DNA of 64,000 bases from Candidatus Nezhaarchaeales archaeon (GCA_038887515.1 JAWAKK010000001.1:384001-448000), one strand, 5' to 3'. Shown: positions 19,682 to 29,940, numbered from the stretch's first letter. Notes: generated from the sequence alone by a model not told the origin. Translations and numbers: made by a program.

Positions 19682-20200
19682 TTGCTAGGCAAGTTATATG
19701 GTGTGGGTGTTGGTCCAGGCGACCCTGACTTACTGACTTTGAAGGCTGTAAAGGTTTTGGGTGATGTGGACGTAATATTCGCTCCAAAACCCAGCACTGA
19801 CAAGCCTAGCTTAGCACTGACGATTGTTAAGCCAATGCTTAGAGACCATCAGGAAGTGGTAGAACTTGTCTACCCGATGACTAAGGAAAGAGAGGTCTTA
19901 GAAGCTTGTTGGGAAAAGAATGCTGACCTGATAATCTCAAAGCTCATGACAGGAAAGAACGCAGCCTTCATAACGTTAGGAGACCCCATGCTCTACAGCA
20001 CCTTCATATATACTTGCAGGAAGATTGTAGCTAAAGCTCCTGACGTGGAGATAGAGATAGTCCCAGGAGTTACATCGATAACGGAATGTGCTGCAATCTC
20101 AAGGACGTCCATAGCAGAAGGAGATGAAGTAGTGGTGATAATCCCTTCACTGAGTGATCGCGAAAAAATTAGAGGTCTAGCGAAGAAGCTACATCAATAA
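19682..20200 (+). pseudogene. cbiL: Cobalt-precorrin-2 C20-methyltransferase, 3'-truncated
   Basis: LYGVGVGPGDPDLLTLKA, TLGDPMLYSTF; ends at 172 aa where a sufB-like remnant begins. Confidence 0.8.
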
Positions 20201-20300
20201 TCATAAGGGGCTTCATGGAGATAGACGTTAAAGGCTTACCGCCACTATTAGCTTCTCTCAGATAAAGAGGGCATTAGATGTAGCGACCAAAGGCGTCCAG
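20182..20300 (+). pseudogene. 3' remnant of a second sufB/smsB
   Basis: EEATSIIIRGFMEIDVKGLPPLLA / QIKRALDVATKGV versus EEATSIIIRGFMNVDVKGLPPALALQIKKALDISAKSL at the end of 6385..7605. Confidence 0.85.
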
Positions 20301-20453
20301 ACAACCTCCTTTCACTTTCAGCTAAAAGCTAAAAGCTAAAAGAATTTAATCAATAATTTATAGAAAGTCCACATACAAAACTGAAAAATTAAAACATAGT
20401 TGAAAAGATGAATGAAGTACGTCTTGGGGTGTTAGTGAAGTACATGCCATTGC

Positions 20454-21383
20454 TTGCTGGTGTCGTGTATGAGGTTAAGGTATCGCCTGCAGAAGAGTCG
20501 GGAAGCGCTCATAATCTCTGTTTCGCTAAGCTCTCTAGGCGCAATTGTTGAAGGTGTGGCACTAACATTTTATGGGAGCATTATTCTCGCCACTGACTTT
20601 TTTCACTGGGTCTTGGATACAATAGTTGAGGTTATGTTCCTATTTTCGATTTATTACGCTAGTAGAGTAGGAAAGAGGTTTCCTTGGAGTATAATAGCGC
20701 TTGAGTTCTTGACAAGCATAATAGTGATGATCGTTGTCTTAGGCTTCTATGGCTTCTACTTCTTCAATTACGTTAACAGCCTCATGCAACAGTATAGTGT
20801 ATCAACGGTATCGCCGCTGGCTGCAATAGCTACAGCTATTGGAGGAATAATTACTTTAACAGTGTTCGTGCTTCAAAGAAGGAACTACAGGAAATATTCG
20901 TTAGAGATCTTAAGAATTGATAGTAACCATGCACTGATAGATACCGCATCGTCTTTTTTCGCTACCTTTGGAATAATCCTTACAGCTTGGTTGGGAGACC
21001 CAACGATAGAGATTTTTGCTACACTAATCATCATGATGTTCATAATTCATAGCATCTTTGAGATATTTAAAGATACCTTTAAGGTATTATCGGGAAGCAA
21101 TTTAGATCACGAGATAACGGATAGAGTGAGAAGAGCCATCGAAGAGAGATTGTTCGATGCTAAATTAAAGAACGTGGAGGCTAGGAAGGTCGGATCGTTT
21201 TACATAGTGTCTACCGATATATTTTTGGATCCAAACACCACCATTTCAAAAGCACATTCTTTACGCAGGAAGATCGTAAATTTAGTTAAAGAAGTCTCCG
21301 ACCTCATTTACCATGTCGACGTTAAGTTCTATCCCTCGCTCGAATACAGGAGAGTTTTGAAAAAGCAAAAGAGGAGGAGTTAA
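20454..21383 (+). CDS. Cation diffusion facilitator family transporter
   Basis: DFFHWVLD and NHALID metal-site motifs; C-terminal dimerisation domain. Confidence 0.85.
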   Translation: MLVSCMRLRYRLQKSREALIISVSLSSLGAIVEGVALTFYGSIILATDFFHWVLDTIVEVMFLFSIYYASRVGKRFPWSIIALEFLTSIIVMIVVLGFYGFYFFNYVNSLMQQYSVSTVSPLAAIATAIGGIITLTVFVLQRRNYRKYSLEILRIDSNHALIDTASSFFATFGIILTAWLGDPTIEIFATLIIMMFIIHSIFEIFKDTFKVLSGSNLDHEITDRVRRAIEERLFDAKLKNVEARKVGSFYIVSTDIFLDPNTTISKAHSLRRKIVNLVKEVSDLIYHVDVKFYPSLEYRRVLKKQKRRS

Positions 21384-21464
21384 AGGTTTAAGTTTAAACC
21401 CCAATTATACAGACTAAGGTATGTGGACGCTGTTGCGATGAAACCATTTGCGACTATTGATTGG

Positions 21465-22715
21465 CTACTCCTCTCTTCGCATAGGCTCTTTGATCAACGT
21501 TCCAATCATTACCATTAACGGTATGCTAAGGGTCATTGCCAAGTAGAAAGGCGCCTTGGGCGATACATGTTCGTAGAGAGAGCCTCCTGCAAGATTTCCA
21601 AGAGCCATAAATATGACGCTAAGGAAGTTGGAAAGGGCATTAATCTTTCCTCTCTCGTCCCTAGGTGTGAGATCTGCGATAAGTGAGCTCGCCCCTGCGT
21701 ACATCATTACTTGGCCAGCTCCTACAAGTATCAAGGAGATTACTACTAAGAACGTGCTTCCATTTACGAAGAACCATATAGAGAAAGTAAAGAGTACGTA
21801 GGCTACTATCAAGGATATCTTTCTGCTGGCCTTGTCGATTAACTTTCCTATCGGTATAGAGAAGACGACTGTAGTAACCGGTACAATTGTTAAGAGAAGC
21901 CCCCATAGAGTCTCGTTTATCAATAATTCTCTCACCGCGTATACCGGGAGAAATGGTGTTATTGCGGAGAAACCCGATTGTCCGATAGCAACCGCTAAAA
22001 CGAGGTATAAGAGAGACCTCGACGCTTTCTTGTACGCTGTTAAACATTCCCTAACCGCAATCGGGTAGTTCCTCCAGAGATTCGATACGCTAGGCTTCTC
22101 GGAACCCCTAAAAGTCTCCTTTAAGTAGAACAATCTGAGGAAAGCCGCGGCGAGAAAGAAGGTGACCACTAACCCGTAACCCATCCTCATCCCCATCATC
22201 AACCCAAAGGTTCCACATAAATAAGCGGCGATTATAGGGCCTGGAGTCGTCGAGGCGTTACCTATTAGCGAAACTATACCGAAGCCCATGCCCCTCTTTT
22301 CGGGCGGTAGAGAGTCGGCCAGCATAGCCATGAGGGCTGGCTGATACATAGAGTTAAATACGGCCATTAGTACACTGCCCACTAAGATGAAGTGCCAGGA
22401 GGGGGCTAGGGCGAAGAATAGGTAACTTAAAGCCACCCCGAATGTCATGGTACATATTATCCACTTTCTCCCAAACTTATCGGCAATATAGCCTCCGGGA
22501 AACTGCATTGAAGCTAAAGCAATGAAGTGACAAAACCCTATTAGCCCTACTATAGTCTCGCTAGCCCCTAGACCGATTACGTATAGAGCATAGTAGACGG
22601 CTGGTATCTCCATCGCAAAATCCATGAGTAGCCAACTTACAACCAAGACGGCATAGTTTCCTTTAACGAAAGCTAGGTCTTCTCTGATATGCTGAATAAA
22701 CCGTGCAACCATCAA
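21465..22715 (-). CDS. MFS transporter
   Basis: GGYIADKFGRK motif A; ADSLPPEKRG; multi-TM. Confidence 0.9.
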   Translation of the reverse strand: MMVARFIQHIREDLAFVKGNYAVLVVSWLLMDFAMEIPAVYYALYVIGLGASETIVGLIGFCHFIALASMQFPGGYIADKFGRKWIICTMTFGVALSYLFFALAPSWHFILVGSVLMAVFNSMYQPALMAMLADSLPPEKRGMGFGIVSLIGNASTTPGPIIAAYLCGTFGLMMGMRMGYGLVVTFFLAAAFLRLFYLKETFRGSEKPSVSNLWRNYPIAVRECLTAYKKASRSLLYLVLAVAIGQSGFSAITPFLPVYAVRELLINETLWGLLLTIVPVTTVVFSIPIGKLIDKASRKISLIVAYVLFTFSIWFFVNGSTFLVVISLILVGAGQVMMYAGASSLIADLTPRDERGKINALSNFLSVIFMALGNLAGGSLYEHVSPKAPFYLAMTLSIPLMVMIGTLIKEPMRREE

Positions 22716-22863
22716 CGGCTCGCCTCAAACACTCGCCGGAATAAACGCTAATTACTACTCAACGCTGAGGCTTCTACCTATAACTATAGATTTGCTTTAA
22801 ACTTTATGTCTAATAGGCCTTCAAAATGATTGGTTTAGCAGGTCTCTATCGACCTTTTCATGT

Positions 22864-23925
22864 TTAATTAATATCCTTCGATTTTCTTTGTATCATGTAT
22901 TGATACTTTACTTCTCCATCCATTATATAGTACACTAAACATTCACCATCTTCGGCTTTTAGTATCGGCTTTGTTAAGACTTCCGCTATTTTTACGAGGT
23001 CCCCAAGACTCTTCACGTCTATTGTTGTCCACGTCTCGGGAGGTAATCTCGTTGCCTCAATTATCAAGTCTTTATATTCTTCAGCCACTTTTTCGGTCTT
23101 TGCTATTTCGCTAGACTCTTTCTTGGCCTTCCTTGAACCCTTAAAGTATAGGGCTGTCGATACGACTAATCCTGAAATCATAACTGCGGTCACAGCATAA
23201 GACGCATCTTTCTGTAGTTCGACGTCGGGGTACCCTACTTCAATAGTTTCCCTAATTTCTTTATTTTCAGTCTGGTTTAGGCCCTCCAGCGATATGTAGC
23301 TACCCTTATCGGTTGTCGATTTAAAAACTACGGTCAGCTGAGGGGTAAACTTTTCCCCTACTTCTCTCCCAGCAAGAACGGCTTCTATGTTTATGTTTGG
23401 CATCACGTAGATACTATAGGAGGAGGAGTACATTCCCAACTCTTTGTCTATCGCATGAGCGATATTCCTTATTGCTGGACAGTTTATTTCAAGTGTAAAG
23501 TTTAGCGACCCCCTAAAATTCAATAACTCCACAAGTTCTGTCTCCTGCAGGTACTTTACCCATCTACCTGGCGATTCTATTTTTGCAGCCACACTCTCCA
23601 TTGTTACGTTAAGCTTCTCTGGACTTGGGTTTGAAGCGAATACGTACGTAAATGTTACGTTAATCCTGTTCGTTAGAGATGTATACAAGATCCCTTCGTC
23701 GGGTCTCAATACGGTCTTATTATAAATGACGTTCGGCTTCAACTCTGCTACGCAATCGTAAAATGCTTTATGCATATATGAAGCTAAGGTTACCGTTCGC
23801 CTCTCAAACGTTGGCCTCTGTTGTACATAGTAAAGGTTTACGAGTGAGAAAACAGTTAGCGCAATGAAAGAAATGACCAATATTTTCTTAATTAACTCCT
23901 TGTCTTTCTTCATGCCTTTCATCAC
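22864..23925 (-). CDS. DUF5305-like membrane-anchored protein
   Basis: N-terminal TM, large beta-rich domain, second TM, C-terminal IDVKSLGDLVKIAEVLTKPIL...YYIMDGEVKYQY. Confidence 0.65.
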   Translation of the reverse strand: MMKGMKKDKELIKKILVISFIALTVFSLVNLYYVQQRPTFERRTVTLASYMHKAFYDCVAELKPNVIYNKTVLRPDEGILYTSLTNRINVTFTYVFASNPSPEKLNVTMESVAAKIESPGRWVKYLQETELVELLNFRGSLNFTLEINCPAIRNIAHAIDKELGMYSSSYSIYVMPNINIEAVLAGREVGEKFTPQLTVVFKSTTDKGSYISLEGLNQTENKEIRETIEVGYPDVELQKDASYAVTAVMISGLVVSTALYFKGSRKAKKESSEIAKTEKVAEEYKDLIIEATRLPPETWTTIDVKSLGDLVKIAEVLTKPILKAEDGECLVYYIMDGEVKYQYMIQRKSKDIN

Positions 23926-24214
23926 TAGCCGTTTTCCTTATAATATTAATTTGACACATATTTTAGCCTTTACCATGTTTTTCCTTACGGCCATAAACGG
24001 ATTAATTCTTCTTTCTCGCAATAAGCGGGGTTGCCCCACGTGGGCTATATTGCCCCCTTTAAATTTTTTATTTACTATAATTCTTCATTATTTGCTGCGT
24101 TCTCAACGCCTTTCTATATCTATTAGATCTTTAAATGTGAGGAAATGACTACACGTAGTCGCCCAACTACAAAACTTAGAAAGTTCCGCTTCTGATAGAC
24201 GTTCTCGACAAACC

Positions 24215-25990
24215 ATGAGGCCCCCAAGCGTTAGGCTTGTGGGCGCTTTATTGATCGCATTACCTCTAATCATAGCTATTTCTTCTATGTGCATGATGGC
24301 TTCTCAGCCCACCGTCCAATTATTGCTAAGGTTTAGGCCGGGCGTTCCCGAGGACTTTAAGAAGGAGTTCCTAGAGTCTCACGGTCTACAGACGGTAGAC
24401 TACATAAAGCAAATAGATGTTTTCGTTGTTTCAGCTCCAGTACAAAGACTTCCATCAATTAAATCGGCATTGGCTGAGAGCCCTATAATAGACTTTGTTG
24501 AAGTAGACTCGATTATAGCCTACTCGCAGGTGCCCAACGATCCATATTATCCAGTCCAATGGTATTTGGCTAAAATTAATTGTCCTAGCGCTTGGGATAT
24601 TTCGACTGGAAGAAGCAACATTATAATAGCAGTGATCGACAGCGGGGTTGACCCCACACACCCTGATTTAGCCGGTAAACTCATTCAAGGATGGAACTTC
24701 TACGATAACAATGACGATACCTCCGACGCCTTTGGACACGGTACAAGGGTTGCAGGTATAATAGCTGCAGTAACTAATAACAATGTAGGCATAGCCGGCG
24801 TGACCTGGAACTGTCTGATACTACCTATTAAGGTCACAAACCCAAGCGGTTACACTACCACCTCGCTATTAAGCAAGGGTCTAGTTTACGCCGCCGATAG
24901 AGGTGCCAAGGTCGCAGTGATAAGTTATCAAATATTTGGTGGCTCCTCTATTTCGAGTGCGGCTAAGTACTTTGTGGACAAGGGAGGAGTAGTTGTAGCA
25001 GCAGCAGGCAACACCGGGAAGTACGAGAGCTATAACGATAATCCATACATAATCTCCGTCAGCGCTACGACTAGTAGCGATACGTTAGCAAGTTACTCGT
25101 CCTATGGACCGTACGTGGACCTTTCAGCTCCAGGTTCAGGCATATACACTACGACTAGAGGTGGCGGTTACGGTGCAGTTTCAGGAACATCGTTCTCGGC
25201 TCCCATTGTTGCTGGGGTTGCTGCATTGATGCTCTCAATTAATCCCTCTCTAACACCATCGCAAATCGAGCAAGTACTAGAGTCCACCGCCGTCGACTTA
25301 GGTGCGCCCGGCTACGACGTCTATTATGGTTGGGGAAGAATCGACGCTTATGCTGCCCTCAAAGCGGCTTTAGAGATGACGAGCAGAAGTACCAGCCCTC
25401 CAACAATAATAGACACTACCCCACCAAGTGTTAGGATAGTCTATCCAGCTAGTGGAGAGGTTGTTTCAGGCTCGGTGACAGTCAAGGTTGAAGCGAGCGA
25501 CAACATCGGAGTAGCTAAGGTAGAGCTATACAAGAATGGCAATTTACTCGCTGTAGATTATGATGCGCCCTACGAGTTCTACTGGGATAGTGCGGCAGAT
25601 CCAAACGGAGTGTACCTCTTAGTAGCTAGAGCCTACGACTCTTACGGTAACGTTGGTGAGTCGAACGCAATCGCGGTCAACGTCGTTAACAGTCTTGTAA
25701 GCAACCCTTCCGACACTAATCCTCCAACAGTTAAAATAGTTAAGCCCTTGAACAGACAGGTGGTGTCAAAAGCTGTAGATATAGTTGTTTCAGCATCGGA
25801 CGATTCAGGGATAGGGAGGATCGAGATTTACGTGAATGGCAACTTAATAGCTACAATTAATGCTGAACCGTACACCTATAATTGGAATACAAGGTCTGTC
25901 AAAAATGGTTGGCATACTATAACTGCTAAAGTCTACGATATCTACGACAATTACGCCGAGACTTCGATAAGCGTTTACGTGTACAATTAA
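24215..25990 (+). CDS. Secreted S8 subtilisin/thermitase-like protease with two C-terminal Ig-like repeats
   Basis: Signal peptide; triad AVIDSGVD, GHGTRVAG, SGTSFSAP; two DTxPPxVxIVxP...ASDxxG...YxWxx repeats. Confidence 0.92.
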   Translation: MRPPSVRLVGALLIALPLIIAISSMCMMASQPTVQLLLRFRPGVPEDFKKEFLESHGLQTVDYIKQIDVFVVSAPVQRLPSIKSALAESPIIDFVEVDSIIAYSQVPNDPYYPVQWYLAKINCPSAWDISTGRSNIIIAVIDSGVDPTHPDLAGKLIQGWNFYDNNDDTSDAFGHGTRVAGIIAAVTNNNVGIAGVTWNCLILPIKVTNPSGYTTTSLLSKGLVYAADRGAKVAVISYQIFGGSSISSAAKYFVDKGGVVVAAAGNTGKYESYNDNPYIISVSATTSSDTLASYSSYGPYVDLSAPGSGIYTTTRGGGYGAVSGTSFSAPIVAGVAALMLSINPSLTPSQIEQVLESTAVDLGAPGYDVYYGWGRIDAYAALKAALEMTSRSTSPPTIIDTTPPSVRIVYPASGEVVSGSVTVKVEASDNIGVAKVELYKNGNLLAVDYDAPYEFYWDSAADPNGVYLLVARAYDSYGNVGESNAIAVNVVNSLVSNPSDTNPPTVKIVKPLNRQVVSKAVDIVVSASDDSGIGRIEIYVNGNLIATINAEPYTYNWNTRSVKNGWHTITAKVYDIYDNYAETSISVYVYN

Positions 25991-26048
25991 AGGTGGTTGG
26001 CAAGGTAGCAAAGTAGCCAGCGAAATCCACCAACACCCTAACATTTTA

Positions 26049-26618
26049 TTAGGGCGCGCTGTATCGCAATGTTACATAAATTATCATGTAATCTCTCTCC
26101 TCTTGTCCGCATTCCATTCTAATCCACACGATTGCTTTCTCTCCTGGATTCAGAACCACCATTCCAAAGTGATTTAAACCGTCGAGCGGCGGATCGCCAA
26201 CCTCATATTCTCCACAGCCATCTCCACTATACGGACCATAAAAGTACGTTTGCACAGTATTGCCGTCATAGTCTGCGCCGTTTACCCATACCATAGGGCT
26301 CTCTAGAACTGAAGGCACAGTTCCATCGTTTCGCACTAGAAGCCCCACCCAGATGTACCATCCGCTCGACACGTTGGTGCATTCAATTATAAGCGTCTGT
26401 CCGCCACCTATCACGTTACTAACTATTGTCCCATCGTATCCCATTGAGCTGACTATCTTGCTTAAACAAATAGTCTGTCTAAACACTGCAGTTTCAACTC
26501 TTCCAACGACGTATAGGTTGTCCTGCAACAATGTGTGGGTCAGGCCGACTACAGCTAAAGCTACTATTGGGATTAGCGCCATCACGAACATTCTATTAAG
26601 AAAACTGCTCCTCCTCAC
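26049..26618 (-). CDS. Putative minor TasA/AbpA-like subunit
   Basis: GLTHTLLQDNLYVVGRVETA resembles the N-terminus of 29114..29623; NVSSGWY...VRNDGTVP. Confidence 0.6.
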   Translation of the reverse strand: MRRSSFLNRMFVMALIPIVALAVVGLTHTLLQDNLYVVGRVETAVFRQTICLSKIVSSMGYDGTIVSNVIGGGQTLIIECTNVSSGWYIWVGLLVRNDGTVPSVLESPMVWVNGADYDGNTVQTYFYGPYSGDGCGEYEVGDPPLDGLNHFGMVVLNPGEKAIVWIRMECGQEERDYMIIYVTLRYSAP

Positions 26619-26627
26619 TTCACCTCT

Positions 26628-27956
26628 TCACCTCCTAACGATTTTTCTAGAGCCATTCACGTGCTTGTACGCGTATATTATGGATGCGTTAATAACAGCA
26701 GTTAATAGTACGTATGCGATCAATGGGTTTTCAGTCAGATATACTGCAACGGTGCCAACCATGTTCTTTAAGAATATGCTGGCCCAGCCTATCTTCGGCA
26801 CTGCGAAGACAAGCTTCCATAATTTTTGGCTAGGTATTACAACTATTGGTTCGTCGGGTACGTTGTTAGCATCACCCTTAGTCACTATTACTATTACGCC
26901 TCCAGACCTGCTTACTTCCACGACCCTATGTGCTATTGGGGAATCGATCCCGCTTCTCAAGTATTGTATTACATCGCCCACGTGAACCTTTTCTGCCGAT
27001 GTTTGTACGGTTACGATTATGTCGCCTACATCAAGCATTGGCCTCATACTTCCACTTACGACTACGCTAGCTTGATACCCCAGTAGCCCACTCGTACCCC
27101 AGACCATTGCTACCATAATCAAAGCCGCAACAAGACCTACCAGCTCTACGGACCTTGAAGCCTTACGCCCCCTCAATTTTATTTGCTTGATGTCCTTCTT
27201 GTTCATGATTCCTACAGCGATTAACTTCATGGGCGAGAGAGCTTCATTTATCATTATCACTCCAATAGCAGGTGTAAGCGTAGTTATCAACGATTCTACC
27301 CCCCACGGTGGTTTTGGTAGTATAGGTGCTAACCAATTGTATGCTTCTATGGTCCATACGTAGGTAATCGATGCTAGTGGCCCGCCTATTAGAGCTAGGT
27401 AAGTTGACAATAGACTCTGTGCGCCGGCCGGTAGTACTTTCGAAGCTAAAAACTTTACTGAATCAGCTAAGCTATTCTGGGCAATAAAGCTGAAAGCTGA
27501 AAGTTTAAGGAACATAAAAAATACTGTTACCAGGATTAGTCCAGTATACTTTCTACTTCTGGGTACAGACTTGACTACGTATGCTCTTGCAGTCTCCTGA
27601 GCTAAGATCGGAGCTGTAAAGTATACTATGTTTGTAATCATTCCTATTAGCGTGAACGAGTAGGGACTTCTCCCGAACTCCGTAAACAATGCTACAAGGT
27701 TTAAGCTTACGATTTGCAGTAAAGCCGTTAAAAACGCTATTATAATTACGAATCTATGGGTCTCCAACTTAAACCGTCTTAGACCTCCAATAAGATAAAG
27801 CGAGATTAAAAACGATAACGTCCACAATAGTGATGGAATCACGTAAGCCAATAATCCAGTAAAATTAAAGGAGTTCAAAACGACATATATACCGATAATT
27901 AAGGTTAGCGTTGAGACCTGCCCTTTGTATTGGGCAAACGTGTCTTTCAAGCGCAT
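26628..27956 (-). CDS. sipW: SipW-type (S26B) signal peptidase I with N-terminal multi-TM domain
   Basis: VVSGSMRPML (Ser), IAHRVV (His), TKGDANNVPD; ~260-aa hydrophobic N-terminal extension. Confidence 0.85.
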   Translation of the reverse strand: MRLKDTFAQYKGQVSTLTLIIGIYVVLNSFNFTGLLAYVIPSLLWTLSFLISLYLIGGLRRFKLETHRFVIIIAFLTALLQIVSLNLVALFTEFGRSPYSFTLIGMITNIVYFTAPILAQETARAYVVKSVPRSRKYTGLILVTVFFMFLKLSAFSFIAQNSLADSVKFLASKVLPAGAQSLLSTYLALIGGPLASITYVWTIEAYNWLAPILPKPPWGVESLITTLTPAIGVIMINEALSPMKLIAVGIMNKKDIKQIKLRGRKASRSVELVGLVAALIMVAMVWGTSGLLGYQASVVVSGSMRPMLDVGDIIVTVQTSAEKVHVGDVIQYLRSGIDSPIAHRVVEVSRSGGVIVIVTKGDANNVPDEPIVVIPSQKLWKLVFAVPKIGWASIFLKNMVGTVAVYLTENPLIAYVLLTAVINASIIYAYKHVNGSRKIVRR

Positions 27957-27987
27957 CCATGGCGACCTCCAACATTATCGTTAGCAT

Positions 27988-27994
27988 AAAAAAA
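27988..27994 (-). terminator. Oligo-T terminator candidate between subunit genes and sipW
   Basis: CCCCTCTTTTTTT on the minus strand ~50 nt after the 28044 stop. Confidence 0.45.
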
Positions 27995-28043
27995 GAGGGG
28001 TTTATTCGGACTCTAACTTAACGTAAGGCTTAGTTAGCTGTCT

Positions 28044-29087
28044 CTACGGTGTGTACGTGTACTTTACTTCAACTACCGCTAAATCGTGGTAAGTGTATGC
28101 GCCCCATCCGTCGGTTGCCTGGAAGCGTACCTTTAAGTCGTTAATTTCAGCAACTGTATCTACACCGAGCGCCTTTAAGTCTATAACCTCGGTACGATCT
28201 TGTCCAGGCGCAGGTAGGGGCGACAAGTTAATCGTACCCATCAACGTCGGCCCAACGTACACTCTTATCCTTGCATTATCTACGTGTGATGGTCTGTTCC
28301 ACTCGAAGTACAATACAACACTGTCTATCGATGCTCCAGCAGGTAGGGTTACCTTTTCAAACCATATATCTAGGTACTCAAACTCACTATAGCACTCACT
28401 CCACGTACTCTTAGTGCGATACCTATCATCATCACTTTGTTTAAGCCTGTTTAGATCTTGGCTCTTTAGCTGGTACCCAAAGTCTGTAGTGTCACAGCCT
28501 TTATTCGGATTCAAACGCACTGTCTCCGTTATCGCTTGAGCTGGCGGTACATACTCATTCCACTGTATCAATTCCATCTCTAGAGCAAACGGGTAGGATG
28601 CATCTTGGTCGGCACACTGCTCAACATGCACCTTAATTACGACGGTTATTTCATCTCCTTGATGTAATTGTCTCCCTACAGGGGCATCGTGCGTAATCTG
28701 TAACCAGACAGGTCCATCATTTGCTCCATATCCGCTCGACGGTGTCCAACCAATAGTGGTTATAACGGTTTCATTAACTATTGCTGGGACCGTTCCAGTA
28801 TATCTATACACGGCAGTTATTGTTGCGTTGTAGCATGGATACGTATTGTCTACGACTACAATAAGTGTATCTGTCCCCAAGCCGTCGAATATAACTCCTC
28901 CAACATCCTTATCGTAACCAGGATCTACACCTTCATCGTTAGATACCGCAGATACCCACATTCCTTCAACAGTACCAGTTTCAATAGTACCACTTACCAA
29001 GACGTTCGTGCTCCATAACGTGTACACTAAACCTATCAATAACATGACAGCTACGAGGGCTGAAAGTACATACGCAAGTTTTTTCAC
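28044..29087 (-). CDS. TasA/AbpA-like subunit with extra C-terminal domain
   Basis: GLVYTLWSTNVLVSGTIETGTV, NTYPCY, YTGTVP, ELIQWNE, then a ~165-aa beta-rich domain. Confidence 0.72.
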   Translation of the reverse strand: MKKLAYVLSALVAVMLLIGLVYTLWSTNVLVSGTIETGTVEGMWVSAVSNDEGVDPGYDKDVGGVIFDGLGTDTLIVVVDNTYPCYNATITAVYRYTGTVPAIVNETVITTIGWTPSSGYGANDGPVWLQITHDAPVGRQLHQGDEITVVIKVHVEQCADQDASYPFALEMELIQWNEYVPPAQAITETVRLNPNKGCDTTDFGYQLKSQDLNRLKQSDDDRYRTKSTWSECYSEFEYLDIWFEKVTLPAGASIDSVVLYFEWNRPSHVDNARIRVYVGPTLMGTINLSPLPAPGQDRTEVIDLKALGVDTVAEINDLKVRFQATDGWGAYTYHDLAVVEVKYTYTP

Positions 29088-29113
29088 AGCAGATACCCCG
29101 CTAATTGCTTAAA

Positions 29114-29623
29114 CTACTCTGGTGCTTGGAATTCGTTCCACTGTACGAGCATTATATCAATCGTGAACGTGTATGTCGCGCCCTGTAGAGCATCATTTGT
29201 TAAGTGGACAGTTAACAGACAGTTGACCTCTTGCCCTGGCTCTATTTGGTCTCCCACAGCTATCCCGCTAACCACGACCCATACAGACGCGTTACCGTTA
29301 ATAGCTATGCTTTGAACTTTGACAGGAATTGTCCCAGTATTCTTTACCTTAAACTCTTGGAAGTAGTCTATGCTCGGATAGGCGTTTGTAATCGTAACCA
29401 CCAACGTATTTCCATCAACAAGAGCAGATATTTCGCTAACGTCTTTTCCAGGAACATCATCATCTCCATCGTAGCTGGCGCCTGCTATTATTTCTGCAGA
29501 GACCGTTCCAGTATTTATAGTACCGCTTACGTAGAGGTTCGTGGACCACAACGCGTAGCTTACTCCTAAGGCCAGCATAACTACGAGTAGTGATGCAACA
29601 ATACCGACAATCTTGGTCTTCAC
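29114..29623 (-). CDS. TasA/AbpA-like major subunit with SipW-class signal peptide
   Basis: LGVSYALWSTNLYVSGTINTGTV, NAYPS, VKNTGTIPVKV, LVQWNE; strong RBS GGAGGTGG. Confidence 0.78.
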   Translation of the reverse strand: MKTKIVGIVASLLVVMLALGVSYALWSTNLYVSGTINTGTVSAEIIAGASYDGDDDVPGKDVSEISALVDGNTLVVTITNAYPSIDYFQEFKVKNTGTIPVKVQSIAINGNASVWVVVSGIAVGDQIEPGQEVNCLLTVHLTNDALQGATYTFTIDIMLVQWNEFQAPE

Positions 29624-29940
29624 TCAAGCCACCTCCATATTTCATACATATTCTTGGGATCTATCATCGCCTTACGGCTTTAACGGGGGCCACCCCACAT
29701 TAGTCCCCCGGGAAGTACGTTTCATACGTACTCCGTAGGTAGGAGTTATCATGGAAAATGGTTTTTAAACATGTGAAACTTTCAGTAAGAATGAGCTGGT
29801 AGTTATCTAGGGGTATGTATCTGCTCGACCACACTTAATGCAGTTCAATCTACATGTAGAAGCATAGCGTAAATCAAAGGCCTACTTTCTATTATAAGCT
29901 TAAATCCAAAGGGCTTTAGGCCTTAAGGAGTTTTAGGTAC

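Noticed and set aside
20321-20341. (GCTAAAA)x3 tandem repeat
   Set aside because: Short slippage repeat without spacers; not CRISPR
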